This document shows positions 1 through 10,314 of a stretch of 64,000 nucleotides of DNA, piece after piece (position 1 is the first letter of the stretch; each line of letters begins with the position of its first letter). The notes beneath the pieces were generated by a model, which searched no databases, was not told where the DNA came from, and worked only from the letters and a program-made list of their open reading frames with translations. The stretch comes from a bacterium. GTDB taxonomy: Bacteria > Patescibacteriota > Minisyncoccia > Phycocordibacterales > VMGT01. The position numbers were made by a program, and so were the translations under genes. The stretch covers positions 12,017 through 76,016 of the forward strand of contig JAUYPI010000006.1 in assembly GCA_030697645.1 (NCBI GenBank), written 5' to 3'.

Positions 1-102
1 GGCAAAGAGGAGCCGGATCTCGCCGCTGAAATTTTAGCGTGGCTGCGATAGTTGCAAGCAATCGTTTTTTATTGCGCGCCGGGCGGTAAGTGCTCAAAGG
101 GC

Positions 103-244
103 GTCATTGCGAGCGCTTGGCCGAAGCGGCGAGCGAAGCGTGGCGGGAAGCAACCAAGACATACCGGCCACAAACCCTGGATTGCGGAGCCTGTCCAGAG
201 CATAGCGTGGGATCACTCCGCTCCGCTGCGTTCCTCGCAATGAC
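103..244. repeat. Imperfect palindromic element with GTCATTGCGAG / CTCGCAATGAC termini (copy 1 of 2)
   Basis: GTCATTGCGAG at 103-113 and its exact reverse complement CTCGCAATGAC at 234-244. The same termini recur at 25750/25829. ORFs called across it look spurious. Confidence 0.6.
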
Positions 245-356
245 TGCTCTGTTGCGTGTGTTATTGCAACGCCCTTAAAAAAACTAGAACGCCCGGCATC
301 CATCGTGTTGATGCCGGGCGTGTCGTTGTACACTGCGTTCATTTTTGAAATGTACT

Positions 357-1109
357 TCAGGTGAGTTTCAGAAGCCTCTGCGCATTTCCGCCGAGAATTT
401 TTTCCTTGTCGCTATCCGGGAGCCCGGACTCCTCGACGATCATTTTCTGAACGATTGGGCTATTGGCAGGAAAATCGGACCCGAAGACGACCTTCTCCGA
501 TCCGATGGCTCGTACGACACCTGCCAACCGGTTGGGTCCTGAACAGTATGACGTTTCGAGGTAGACGTTGTCGCATCGCGATGCAACAAACGGAGATGCT
601 GCCTCGGTCATGTGGCCAATAACGATGATCACATCGGGGTAGCGTTTGGCGGATAATTCCACAAACAGCGGATCTCCAAAGGCACCCCACCCGGTATGCC
701 AGAGGATGGGCAATGCAGAGGCACGGGCAATCTCGAAGATTGGTGCCATGCAGGTAGGTTCGGGGTAGTATCCATCAAACACGGGATGCACCTTGATTCC
801 GTAGACGCTGCGCTCGATGAGGGTTTCAGCAAGCGCCTGTTCTGATATGCCACGGGGATCATGCGAGGTGAGCATATGCGGATTAAGCCACACGAAAGGA
901 AATGTACGAGCGTGCGGTTGTGCCGTGATCGTTTCGTTTGCAGATACAAGATCCGCCGGATATACCTGTGGCATGGGGAGGAGGACGGAAGCGTCAATAC
1001 CAGCTCTTTCTTGGACGGCTACAATTTCCTCCAAGGTGATTTCTTTGGTTTGCCGGAAAGGCAATCCTTTGCGGGATGTGCCGAAGTGACAATGAAAATC
1101 GATTATCAC
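357..1109 (-). CDS. Amidohydrolase-2 family metal-dependent hydrolase
   Basis: 250-aa ORF. N-terminal MIIDFHCHFG (HxH metal motif) and later His/Asp pattern typical of TIM-barrel amidohydrolases. Family assigned from memory. Confidence 0.6.
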   Translation of the reverse strand: MIIDFHCHFGTSRKGLPFRQTKEITLEEIVAVQERAGIDASVLLPMPQVYPADLVSANETITAQPHARTFPFVWLNPHMLTSHDPRGISEQALAETLIERSVYGIKVHPVFDGYYPEPTCMAPIFEIARASALPILWHTGWGAFGDPLFVELSAKRYPDVIIVIGHMTEAASPFVASRCDNVYLETSYCSGPNRLAGVVRAIGSEKVVFGSDFPANSPIVQKMIVEESGLPDSDKEKILGGNAQRLLKLT

Positions 1110-1389
1110 GCGCCGCTCCTTTGGTTGGTTGTTGCAGGTCTTGCGAGAGAATAGCGTGCAGCGATGTCGTTGTCAATGAACGCCTTTGATTTCATAAAGG
1201 AAGTTTTATTTGCGACGAATTTCTATTAAACCTCTTGCATAACGCATGCGGAATGCCAAGGATGTTGGCTATTGAAGCGGGGAAATACCACGTTATGCAA
1301 GAAGTCTATTACATACAAACGACCGCCCTGGAAATCAATCCGGGGCGGTCAGTGCCAGCTGGTTATATTCTTGTCAGCTAGTACACGGC

Positions 1390-1776
1390 CTACACATGCT
1401 TCACAAAGAGCGTCGTTGTATCTACGCGAACGAAAGCGTGCCTCACGTTCGCTTGAACGCGGAAGACGGAACCTGTGCCGTATGGCAACGTGTCGTCTTC
1501 AAGGAAGAACAAACCACTGCCCTCGAGCACCATAACCACTACGGGGTAGCGGTGCGCCCCAGGGGTGTAGGAGCGTCCGACGGGTAACCCAGCTAAGACA
1601 TTGGCTCCATATTCTTGGGTACTGCCCAAATCAAGTATCGGCACATTGCCTTCGGGGTCAGAGATGGCGATGGAGAAGCGAATTCTCTCCATGCCGGGTA
1701 CTTGTTCGGTCAACGGTATTGGCATATGATCCTGCATGGATCTTTCCTCATTGTTTTGTCGCAATAAAGCGAACAC
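1390..1776 (-). CDS. Small cupin-like protein
   Basis: 128-aa ORF. VMVLEGSGLFFLEDD ... VQANVRHAF resembles the two cupin motifs. Weak. Confidence 0.4.
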   Translation of the reverse strand: MFALLRQNNEERSMQDHMPIPLTEQVPGMERIRFSIAISDPEGNVPILDLGSTQEYGANVLAGLPVGRSYTPGAHRYPVVVMVLEGSGLFFLEDDTLPYGTGSVFRVQANVRHAFVRVDTTTLFVKHV

Positions 1777-1990
1777 ATTGAAACGAGATAACCCCCCCCG
1801 AATCCGTAGAGACTATAAACAAAAAGTAAGGTAGTGTCAATAATTTTATTACTCACTCGTTGACAGCGGTTTTGTTTTTGTTTGGAGTGATAAAATTTTT
1901 TGGAATTTTTGTTTATCCACAGGTAGGAAGTTCGCCGCGAGCGTATACTCATAGTAGGATTATTATTTTTCGCTTCATTTTCTCATTTTT

Positions 1991-4291
1991 ATGGTGAAAG
2001 TTGCAGAAAAACCGGTGCAGGCGGCAAAAACCGCCGCAAAAATGGTCGATTTTGTCCACAAAGTGCAGAAGCGCGACGGCTCGATCGTGCCGTTCGACCT
2101 CATCCATATAACGAGCGCTATACATCGAGCGATGCTTGCGACCGGCGAGGGCTCCGAGCGCGAGGCGGAGCTTGTCGCAAACAAGGTTTATGCCGACCTC
2201 GTACGCATCGCGCGGCGCTACACGACCTTCATCCCCACGGTTGAGGGCATTCAGGACAGCGTTGAAAAAGAGCTGATCCTCAATGACTACATCCGCACGG
2301 CAAAGGCCTATATCCTGTACCGGCAGGAGCGCTCGCGCATCAGGGCCGCGAGCGGGGCGGTGCCGGAGCGCGTGCGCGAGCTTGTCACAGAGAGCAAGAA
2401 ATACTTCCGCAATCCGCTTGCCGAATTCGTCTACTACCGCACCTACGCGCGCTGGATAGACGAGGAAGGCCGCCGCGAGACGTGGGTTGAAACGGTGGAC
2501 CGCTATATGGCGTTCATGAAGGAGAGCCTCGGCATGAAGCTAAAGCAGATCGAGTACGACGAGGTGCGCGAGGCGATTATGAGGCAAGAAGCCATGCCCT
2601 CGATGCGGCTTTTGCAGTTTGCGGGGAAAGCGGTCCGCGTGACGAACGTCGCGGCCTATAACTGTTCTTTCATCGCGCCTTCAAAACTACAGGATTTTGC
2701 TGAGATCATGTACGTCTCGATGTGCGGCACCGGCGTCGGGTTTTCAGTCGAGAGCAAGAATATACAAAAATTGCCGCAAATCAAGCCGCAGAGCGGCAAG
2801 AAACATCCGACCTATATCATCCACGACAGCAAGGAGGGGTGGGCGGATGCGCTTACATTCGGGATGAAAGCGTGGTTTTCCGGCGAGGACGTTGTCTTCG
2901 ACTATTCGCACCTGCGGCCTGCTGGCGCGCGCCTCAAGACCATGGGCGGGAAGTCATCCGGCCCGCAGCCCCTGCGTGAGCTCCTTGACTTCGCGCGGCA
3001 GAAGATCCTCCGCAAACAGGGCCGGCGGCTCTCGAACCTCGATGCCCATGACGTCATCTGCAAGATCGGTACCTGTGTCGTCGCAGGTGGGGTGCGCCGG
3101 AGCGCGATGATCTCACTCTCGGATTTTGATGACGAGGAGATGCGCGACGCCAAGAAAGGGCAATTTTACCTTACGGAGCCGCAGCGCTCGGTCGCGAACA
3201 ATTCCGCGGTCTACGAGCGTCGGCCCACGACCGAGGAATTTCTCGACGAGTGGGTCGCGCTCCTGAAGAGCAACTCAGGCGAGCGCGGCATCTTCAACCG
3301 CGGAGGACTTCTCAAAACTCTCCCCGAGCGGCGGGTTAAGTTACTGAAGGGCGTGCCTGATAATATGGGCACAAATCCGTGCGGAGAAATATTATTACAA
3401 AACAAAATGTTCTGTAACTTATCTGAAGTCGTGTGCAGGCCGTCTGACACGGAAGAGACGCTGCTCCGGAAAGTCAGAATTGCCGCGTTGCTCGGCACCT
3501 ATCAGGCGACGCTCACGAACCTACCGTATATCTCGAAAGAATGGCAACGGCACTGCGAGCAAGAGCGGTTGCTCGGGGTTTCCCTCACGGGCCAATGGGA
3601 CTCTCCGGTCGTGCGGAACGCCGAGACCCTCCGCAAGCTTCGCAGAGAGGCTGTGCGCGTCAATCAGCAGTATGCAAAGCGCTTCGGCACGAGCGCCTCG
3701 AGCTGTGTCACCTGCGTGAAGCCCTCCGGCACGCTCTCGCAGACCGTGGACGCCTCCTCCGGGATGCATCCGAGGTTCGCGCCCTACTATATCCGCCGCG
3801 TGAGGATCTCGGCGACCGACTCGCTCTTCCGCATGCTTCGTGATCAGGGCGTGCCCTACCACCCTGAGGTGGGGCAGGGCAAGGACGATGCGACGACATA
3901 TGTGATTGAATTTCCGGTGAAAGCCCCGAACGGTGCGGTTTTTAAGGATGATCTTACCGCGCTCGAACAGCTCGAGCACTGGAAGCTCGTCAAGGTGAAC
4001 TATACGGAACATAACCCCTCCTGCACAATCTATATCGGCGAGGATGAATGGGTTGCCGTGGCAAACTGGCTTTACGAAAACTGGGACATCATTGGCGGCC
4101 TCTCGTTTCTCCCGCGACAGAATCATGTCTACCAGCTCGCTCCCTACGAGGAGATAACGAAGGAGACATTTGAGGAGCTCGCGCGCCGGTGGGAGAACGT
4201 GGACTTCGCTAAAATCGTCACCTATGAAAAGCAAGACGAGACCGAGCAGCAAAAAGAGCTCGCCTGCGCCGGCGGGGTGTGTGAGATTTGA
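1991..4291 (+). CDS. nrdJ: Ribonucleotide reductase, class II (adenosylcobalamin-dependent) with N-terminal ATP-cone
   Basis: 766 aa. ATP-cone-like VQKRDGSIVPFDLIHITSAIHRA, active-site TNPCGEILLQNKMFCNLSEV, C-terminal Cys pair CAGGVCEI. Ends in TGA. Confidence 0.85.
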   Translation: MVKVAEKPVQAAKTAAKMVDFVHKVQKRDGSIVPFDLIHITSAIHRAMLATGEGSEREAELVANKVYADLVRIARRYTTFIPTVEGIQDSVEKELILNDYIRTAKAYILYRQERSRIRAASGAVPERVRELVTESKKYFRNPLAEFVYYRTYARWIDEEGRRETWVETVDRYMAFMKESLGMKLKQIEYDEVREAIMRQEAMPSMRLLQFAGKAVRVTNVAAYNCSFIAPSKLQDFAEIMYVSMCGTGVGFSVESKNIQKLPQIKPQSGKKHPTYIIHDSKEGWADALTFGMKAWFSGEDVVFDYSHLRPAGARLKTMGGKSSGPQPLRELLDFARQKILRKQGRRLSNLDAHDVICKIGTCVVAGGVRRSAMISLSDFDDEEMRDAKKGQFYLTEPQRSVANNSAVYERRPTTEEFLDEWVALLKSNSGERGIFNRGGLLKTLPERRVKLLKGVPDNMGTNPCGEILLQNKMFCNLSEVVCRPSDTEETLLRKVRIAALLGTYQATLTNLPYISKEWQRHCEQERLLGVSLTGQWDSPVVRNAETLRKLRREAVRVNQQYAKRFGTSASSCVTCVKPSGTLSQTVDASSGMHPRFAPYYIRRVRISATDSLFRMLRDQGVPYHPEVGQGKDDATTYVIEFPVKAPNGAVFKDDLTALEQLEHWKLVKVNYTEHNPSCTIYIGEDEWVAVANWLYENWDIIGGLSFLPRQNHVYQLAPYEEITKETFEELARRWENVDFAKIVTYEKQDETEQQKELACAGGVCEI

Positions 4292-4364
4292 GGGAAAAAA
4301 TCATGCAACAGGAAAGCCCAGCACCTCACAAGGCTGCTGGGCTTTTGATGATTTGAGCCGCTCT

Positions 4365-6113
4365 TTATTTTTCCGCTCTTTCTGCTTCGAAAATGAGCCT
4401 CGTGAGAAGCGTGTTTGCGGCGCGTGAGCGCGCCTCGGCGTCCTCTGCAGCATAGGCGACCCCGACGACGCCGATTTTTCGATGCGGCGCGCTTGTTCGC
4501 GCGATGCACCTCGAAGGTCGGCTACCTTCCGTACACTGCGAGACGCTGTAGCGCGGCGCACGCAGACCGCACGCCGAACAGTATCTCCCGAGGTTCTCCT
4601 CCGCCGCGCTATCGGGAAGTTTCGAGACTATGCCGAGGAGCGAGAAGACGGCCTCGTCCATCGCGAGCTCCTTGTCGGGGAGCCATTCGCTCACCGCTGC
4701 GAAGTTCTCACCCGGAAGCTCAATCCGCGCAACACCCATAAATCTGCCCTGGGCGTCCTCCTTTGTTTCAATAATGGGAAGCGGCCAGCGAAGTTCCACA
4801 TGCGCACGCTCAAAGACCGAGCGCACAGAACGGGAACGTTCGGCGAGTGATCGGAGCACATCGCGTTTTGCGGAGCGCCAGAGTATGCCCCCACAGCGCG
4901 CGAAAATGAGTACACAATATGCCATTTCGCTGTCGTTCCCCGAGCGAGTGCGGAGGTACAGGTTCCATTTAAGGATATCGTCGAGCCACGGTTCTTCTCG
5001 AGCCCTGAAACGCAGCTCACGTATAAAGACCGCTCTGCTCCGGCGTGCGGTTTTATAGTCGGCTCTGTAGTACTCTTTTTGATACTGCTCGATGTTCAAC
5101 TCACGTTTGATCACATTAATGTGGGACGCGATCGACGTGAGGACGCGGTTGGTACGGACGTGCTGCTCGCCACGCAATTCGGCCTGAATTGCCTGGTGTA
5201 CCAGAAGGTCCGGATATCGGTGGAGCGGGGAGCTCCAGTGGGTGTGCAGCATATTGAGGGCGCCATGGCCCTCAGGTAGGGGCCCATAGTAGGCCTTGTG
5301 GTAGAGCATTCGTACGCGCATATGAAGACTCTTGAACTCGGGGGGTGGCATGTCTCCGGCATACGCGCGATCGATATCCCTGAGAAGCCGCTCGCGTTGC
5401 TTTTCCCTAATCTTCGTGGTGTGATTCCGATAGAGTATCGGAACGCCCCGCTCGAGGCACCAGAGCGCAAGCGCATTGCTCGCGAGCAAAATGAACTCCT
5501 CAACGATTCGATTTGAAGATAGGGCGCGCGTGTGTAGAAGCCACTTCGTGTATGCCTTCTCGGTGGAGTCTTCACAACCGTCATCTAATCTGTCGAGAAT
5601 GAGTGCGCCGCTGCTGCGGCGGCGAGAACGGAGTCGTTCCGTCAGGTCTCTCATGAGGCGTAACTCGTGAGCAAGGGGATGGATGCACCCCGCGCCTATA
5701 CGATCGGCGTCTTCGAATGAAAGGTTACCGACGTTTTTGAGAAGCGATGGTACCACACGAGTCTCTTTGATGTCGAGGGCGTGTCCAAGCGTCACGATGA
5801 CCGTAATCGCCCGCTGTTCTCGTCTGCCGAGTATCGCACTTCTGATCACTCCCTCGGGTAGCATAAGTTCGGTACCGGCGCCCTTATAGTGCGTAAAGCC
5901 CCTCTGGTACGCCCGCTGGTCAATCCCGGAAAATGGTACCACAAGCGCGGCAACGTCAGCGATGCTCACGGAGACCCGGTAGACGCCGTCGGTCTCTTCT
6001 GCCCATATCGCGTCGTCACGCATTGTTGTACCTCTCTGGTCGATGCAAACTCCTTGTACCGCTTCTCTTTCTGTTGGACTCTCTTGCTCTTGTAACGTAT
6101 ATATTCCTCGCAC
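4365..6113 (-). CDS. RNB-domain 3'-5' exoribonuclease (RNase II/R family)
   Basis: RNB motifs CIDQRGTTMRDDAIW and HWSSPLHRYPDLLVHQ. The ORF track extends to 6455, but that part overlaps the divergent gene. A GTG at 6113 just upstream of RNB motif I is my guessed start. No N-terminal cold-shock domains are visible. Confidence 0.7.
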   Translation of the reverse strand: MRGIYTLQEQESPTEREAVQGVCIDQRGTTMRDDAIWAEETDGVYRVSVSIADVAALVVPFSGIDQRAYQRGFTHYKGAGTELMLPEGVIRSAILGRREQRAITVIVTLGHALDIKETRVVPSLLKNVGNLSFEDADRIGAGCIHPLAHELRLMRDLTERLRSRRRSSGALILDRLDDGCEDSTEKAYTKWLLHTRALSSNRIVEEFILLASNALALWCLERGVPILYRNHTTKIREKQRERLLRDIDRAYAGDMPPPEFKSLHMRVRMLYHKAYYGPLPEGHGALNMLHTHWSSPLHRYPDLLVHQAIQAELRGEQHVRTNRVLTSIASHINVIKRELNIEQYQKEYYRADYKTARRSRAVFIRELRFRAREEPWLDDILKWNLYLRTRSGNDSEMAYCVLIFARCGGILWRSAKRDVLRSLAERSRSVRSVFERAHVELRWPLPIIETKEDAQGRFMGVARIELPGENFAAVSEWLPDKELAMDEAVFSLLGIVSKLPDSAAEENLGRYCSACGLRAPRYSVSQCTEGSRPSRCIARTSAPHRKIGVVGVAYAAEDAEARSRAANTLLTRLIFEAERAEK

Positions 6114-6281
6114 ATGGATACCCCTTTCTTGATTGGGTTTTCTATAATCACAAAGGTCGGCCCCTAAACAATGTCTGAACAGTGTACTGAGCTCTGATTT
6201 CAGAGTACCACAAAAAAAGTTTTTGAGGAAGGCCCTCGGAGCATTGGAATTCCACAGGCTACTTTGTATACTAAAAGCACG

Positions 6282-7520
6282 ATGCCGTTTTTTAGCGCCA
6301 CTCACAGAGCCGCGAAGCACCGGCAGGTGCCCGTTGCGCTTTTTGATATCGGAAGCGGGAGCGTGCACAGCGCGCTTGCGTACTTGAGCCGCGGGGAAAA
6401 TGCCGAGGCGCGGCTCGTCTATGGCGCAGGCGAAGACTTTATGTTCCATGAACACGTGCAGGCTGCACGCCTCGACCGAGCGATGTTAGCGGCGCTTGAA
6501 AAAGTTGCCGCCGAGCTCTCACGGGCAGCGCACGAGCGGGGTGAGAGCATTCGGCACGCAATGCTCACGTTTTCCGCACCATGGTATATTGCGGAGACAA
6601 AAATTTTATATTACAAACATGATACGCCGATCGAGATCACGGCTGCGACCATTGACGCCTTGATCGAGGAGGCGTGGCGGCGCTTCGGCACGACTCCCTC
6701 GACAATCCCACACGCTCGCGGCGAGCGGGAAGCAGGAGATGAAAGCACTCTGATCGAGCAATCTATCGCCCGCGTTGCACTCAATGGCTACCCCACCCGC
6801 TCACCGGTTGGGAAGGTCGCGTGCACGCTCGAGATTGCGCTCTACTTAAGCAGGATATCCCGGAGCACCCTTGAGGCAATAGATGCCGTCCTTGCCCGCA
6901 CGATGCCGGGCGCCTCTGCAGTGCCCCACTCTGAAGCACTCGTGCTCTCTTCGGTGCTCCGCGGCCTCTTTCCGGCGCACGAAGATTTTTTGCTCTGCCA
7001 CGTCGGCGCAGAGATGACCGAACTTGCCCTGGTGATCGAGGGGGTGCTACTTGAGACCGTATCATTCCCCTACGGATCGCATACACTCGTGCGGGAGCTC
7101 TCAAGCGCCACGAAGAGCGTCCCTGCGGCGACACTCTCGCTGCTCTCGCTCGACCCAAAAGATATGGATGAGAAAACGACACGTCGTACAAGCGAGGCTA
7201 TCCGCACGCTCGGCGAGCGCTGGTTCGCCGAGCTTTCTCGCTCGCTCGCTTCCTTGACAGACACGCACGGCCTCATGCCAACCTGGTGTATGGTGCTTGC
7301 TGAAAATATGGCAATGACGGAGCGATTTCGGCAGTTTATTCTCGGTGAGGGATCTGCGTCAGCGTTTCTTGGTGGGGGTATACTGCACCCCACGATGATC
7401 CCGGAACAGGCACTTGCGACCAAGCTCACCTGCGAGGTAAGCGCCGCGCCCTGCATGCGCGACATATCCCTTGCCTGTGAGGCAATTTTTGCGCAATCCA
7501 CGCTGTTATCCACAAGGTAG
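6282..7520 (+). CDS. Actin-like (ASKHA) ATPase, FtsA/PilM-like
   Basis: FDIGSGSVHSA (phosphate-1-like) and LCHVGAEMTELALV (phosphate-2-like). ATG at 6282 lies 9 nt after a TATACT box. The tracked TTG start at 6264 overlaps that box. Confidence 0.4.
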   Translation: MPFFSATHRAAKHRQVPVALFDIGSGSVHSALAYLSRGENAEARLVYGAGEDFMFHEHVQAARLDRAMLAALEKVAAELSRAAHERGESIRHAMLTFSAPWYIAETKILYYKHDTPIEITAATIDALIEEAWRRFGTTPSTIPHARGEREAGDESTLIEQSIARVALNGYPTRSPVGKVACTLEIALYLSRISRSTLEAIDAVLARTMPGASAVPHSEALVLSSVLRGLFPAHEDFLLCHVGAEMTELALVIEGVLLETVSFPYGSHTLVRELSSATKSVPAATLSLLSLDPKDMDEKTTRRTSEAIRTLGERWFAELSRSLASLTDTHGLMPTWCMVLAENMAMTERFRQFILGEGSASAFLGGGILHPTMIPEQALATKLTCEVSAAPCMRDISLACEAIFAQSTLLSTR

Positions 7521-7580
7521 CGTTGTTAAGGTATGTATGCTATAGTCCACTTACCTTAATAACGTCGAATATGCTTAACG

Positions 7581-7680
7581 TTTAATTTTCAAGTCTCAAT
7601 TTCCAATTTTCAATCAATTTTCAATTACTCAATTTTCAAACACGACGTCGTTCGTTATTGAAAATTAGAAATTGAAAATT
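7581..7680. repeat. AATTTTCAAT-family palindromic spacer (E-family), copy 1
   Basis: Tandem aattttcaa(t) words, central aaacACGACGTCGT (7641-7650), then the complementary attgaaaatt words. Ends 9 nt before the ATG at 7690. Confidence 0.8.
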
Positions 7681-7689
7681 GCACACGCT

Positions 7690-9015
7690 ATGCCTCCTAA
7701 TCCCGTAAACGACGTCACTCCGCCGCGGCGATCTATTCGATCGCTGGTGTTGCCGCACTCAGCAGGGGATCAGAGCGAACCCGCCGCAGGTCGTGGTTCA
7801 GGAGCCGCAGATAACGGAAGCATTGGAGGTAGAGGCCGCGGCACGCGCTACGGTAAGCGGCTGTGGGCCGTGGCTATATTCTCCATAGCGCTTCTCTACG
7901 TTGTTTTCTCGGTCTTTTTCGCCGGGGCGCAGGTGATTATTGAAACGCGTGAATATACCGGCTCGGTAGATGGCACATTCGCCGCATCTGCCGAGGGTAT
8001 GACGGCGCCGCTTACCTACCGGCTGGTCTCAATAGAAAAAGAAGCGACTCGCGGACTGCCAGCGACCGGCGAGGAGTTTGTTGAGCGCAAATCGTCGGGA
8101 ACCATAGTTATCTATAATAACTATGACGAGAAGCCGCAGCGCCTGATCAAGAATACCCGTTTTGAGACGCCGGACGGCTTGATCTACCGGATTGCAAAGT
8201 CTCTAGACGTTCCGGGGAGGAGAAAGGCGGATAATTCACTCGCCAACCGTTTTGATATGGGCAGCATCGAGGCGGTTGTCTTTGCGGATGCCGTAGGCGA
8301 GCGGTACAACATCCCCCAAGGCACGCGATTCACAATCCCGGGCCTTAAGGGCGACCCGCGCTTCGGAGGGTTCTATGCGGAGACGAAGACTCCTATTGAG
8401 GGTGGCTTTGCTGGTGTGGTGAAGACTGTATCAAGCGCGGCAGAGGATGAGGCGCGCCGCTCTCTCAAAGCCGAACTCGAAAGCGCCCTCAAGGCAGAGA
8501 TTACGGGGAGTATTCCGGAGCGCGCGCTTTGGTATGAGGACGGCGCGATTATCCGCTCGCTCTCGCTCGCCAACCGCTGGGAAGGCGACAAAGTGATCGT
8601 CGGCGAGAAGGCGGGAATCCATGCCATGGTGTTCGATCAGGTTGCTTTCTCAAAGCATCTTGCGCGCGCAACTGTTGCCGGTTTCGATGAGGGCGACGTG
8701 GTGATAGAGAATTTTGACGAGCTCGCCGTTACCTTTCTCGAGAAAGAGGCGTTTGATCCCGCGGTAAAGGGCGAGGTGCGTTTCTCGGTTCGCGGCACCC
8801 CGCATTTCAGGTGGGTGTTCGATGAGGCGCGCCTGCGCGCCGACCTTGCCGGAAAATCAAAACGAGCGATTAACACGATCCTTGCGGGTTACCCGGCGAT
8901 AGCCAAGGCTGAAGTTATTCTCCGTCCCTTCTGGGACAGCACGTTCCCAAAAAAGCCGGAGAGTATCGTGCTCATCTTGAAAGGACAGAATTCTGAAGGA
9001 GCGCCAGCTCAATAG
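7690..9015 (+). CDS. Hypothetical membrane-anchored protein
   Basis: ORF with one N-terminal TM helix (LWAVAIFSIALLYVVFSVFFAGA) after a Gly/Arg-rich tail. The tracked start at 7672 lies inside the repeat, so ATG 7690 is preferred. No family recognised. Confidence 0.6.
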   Translation: MPPNPVNDVTPPRRSIRSLVLPHSAGDQSEPAAGRGSGAADNGSIGGRGRGTRYGKRLWAVAIFSIALLYVVFSVFFAGAQVIIETREYTGSVDGTFAASAEGMTAPLTYRLVSIEKEATRGLPATGEEFVERKSSGTIVIYNNYDEKPQRLIKNTRFETPDGLIYRIAKSLDVPGRRKADNSLANRFDMGSIEAVVFADAVGERYNIPQGTRFTIPGLKGDPRFGGFYAETKTPIEGGFAGVVKTVSSAAEDEARRSLKAELESALKAEITGSIPERALWYEDGAIIRSLSLANRWEGDKVIVGEKAGIHAMVFDQVAFSKHLARATVAGFDEGDVVIENFDELAVTFLEKEAFDPAVKGEVRFSVRGTPHFRWVFDEARLRADLAGKSKRAINTILAGYPAIAKAEVILRPFWDSTFPKKPESIVLILKGQNSEGAPAQ

Positions 9016-9207
9016 GTAGACAGGCGGCCACACCCGTGCTTCTTTCTCGCGCGGAACGTGGGGTAGATGGTTGCATGCGGTGCATAATGTTGCTATAGTT
9101 TATCCGGCTCGCTTTCACTGTTGCAACCGCATCGTCACTGAAAGGTTATTGAGTCAACATTCTCTCTAATAAAGAGCAGATTTTCAAAAGTGAAAGTGGG
9201 GTTGGAC

Positions 9208-9426
9208 ATGCAGCGATCAGATTCGAGACATGAGGAAAAATTCGGCGTCGTCGAGGAGGCGCTGCCGGACGCAATTTTTCGCGTCTCGCTTGAGGGGGGC
9301 GGGGAATTGAAAGCTTACCTCGCGGGGAAAATGCGCTTGCACCACATACGGGTGCTTGTTGGCGACCGCGTCATTGTTCGAATTGATCCGTATGGAGGGA
9401 AAGGAAGGATAATCAAACGGCTATAA
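9208..9426 (+). CDS. infA: Translation initiation factor IF-1
   Basis: 72 aa from ATG 9208. GVVEEALPDAIFRVSLEGG..LKAYLAGKMRLHHIRVLVGDRVIV is the S1-like IF-1 signature. Confidence 0.85.
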   Translation: MQRSDSRHEEKFGVVEEALPDAIFRVSLEGGGELKAYLAGKMRLHHIRVLVGDRVIVRIDPYGGKGRIIKRL

Positions 9427-9511
9427 TACCAAGTATATCAATCGCCAAAAAATTGGAATTTGGAAATTTGGTGTCTGGTGATTGTATTTTGGTTATTTGA
9501 GAACCAAAGCT

Positions 9512-9625
9512 ATGCGTGTTCGCTCAACCATTAAAAAGCGCTGCCGCACGTGCCAGATGATACGACGAAAAGGTCGTATGTATATCGTGTGTACCAATCC
9601 GCGGCACAAACAGAGGCAAGGATAG
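9512..9625 (+). CDS. rpmJ: Ribosomal protein L36
   Basis: Below the ORF-track cutoff, translated by hand: [37 protein letters not shown], stop TAG at 9623-9625. Canonical position between infA and rpsM. Confidence 0.9.
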   Translation: MRVRSTIKKRCRTCQMIRRKGRMYIVCTNPRHKQRQG

Positions 9626-9636
9626 GGTCTTTTTAT

Positions 9637-9771
9637 TTAATTTTCAATGCTCAATTTTCAATCAATTTTCAATGACCCAATTTTCAAACACGACGTCGTA
9701 CCGGCGCCGTCATTAAGTCATTGAAACATTGAAAATTTATTGGAAATTGCAAAATTGAAAATTGAAAATTT
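9637..9771. repeat. E-family palindromic spacer, copy 2
   Basis: aattttcaat words, core CGACGTCG at 9691-9698, then cattgaaacattgaaaatttattggaaattgcaaaattgaaaattgaaaattt. Ends 6 nt before the rpsM ATG. Confidence 0.85.
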
Positions 9772-9777
9772 CGTTCT

Positions 9778-10158
9778 ATGCGTTTATTCGGCATTACCAT
9801 TCCAGAGAAGAAGCGGCTCGATATCGGCCTCACGGCGATCTATGGGGTCGGACGTCCGCGCGCCGGAGCGGTTCTCCGGGAGGCAAAGGTAAACCCGGCG
9901 AAGCGACCGGCTGAGGTTAGTGCGGAAGACGAGGCGCGCATTCGGGCAGCACTCGAGAGCATCAAGCTCGAGGGCGAGCTGCGGCGGGATATAAGCGCAA
10001 ACATCAAGCGCCTCCGCGAGAGCAAATCGTACCGCGGCGTGCGCCATGTGCGGCACCTGCCGGCACGAGGTCAGCGCACGAAAACAAATTCACGCACCGT
10101 CCGCGGTAATGTGCGTAAGACCATGGGATCGGGGAGAAAAAAGGTGGAGAAGAAGTAG
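9778..10158 (+). CDS. rpsM: Ribosomal protein S13
   Basis: 126 aa. RLFGITIPEKKRLDIGLTAIYGVGR and a C-terminal basic tail, in operon context. Confidence 0.9.
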   Translation: MRLFGITIPEKKRLDIGLTAIYGVGRPRAGAVLREAKVNPAKRPAEVSAEDEARIRAALESIKLEGELRRDISANIKRLRESKSYRGVRHVRHLPARGQRTKTNSRTVRGNVRKTMGSGRKKVEKK

Positions 10159-10171
10159 ATCGCTTCATTGT

Positions 10172-10308
10172 TTAATTTTCAATTATCAATTATCAATTTT
10201 CAATCAATTTCCAATGAACCAATTTTCAAACACGACGTCGCCGCCACTCAGTCATTCATTGAAACATTGAAAATTTAATGAAAATTGAAAATTGTAAATT
10301 GAAAATTT
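10172..10308. repeat. E-family palindromic spacer, copy 3
   Basis: Same architecture, core cacgacgtcg at 10231-10240. Right arm ends 6 nt before the rpsK ATG. Confidence 0.85.
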
Positions 10309-10314
10309 CGTGCT

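Noticed and set aside
3521-4252. Long antisense or alternative-frame ORFs inside GC-rich genes (for example 3521..4252, 16196..17257, 24483..25448, 27171..28127, 51204..52037, 57063..58274)
   Set aside because: These are shadow ORFs expected in GC-rich coding DNA. The opposite-strand genes (nrdJ, dnaK, trpS, fusA, SNF2-MTase, ppsA) have unambiguous family signatures.
4365-6455. Full 696-aa extent of the RNB ORF
   Set aside because: The first ~115 codons overlap the divergent gene and promoter region. They lie upstream of RNB motif I with no recognisable domain, so a GTG start at 6113 is more plausible, though unverified.
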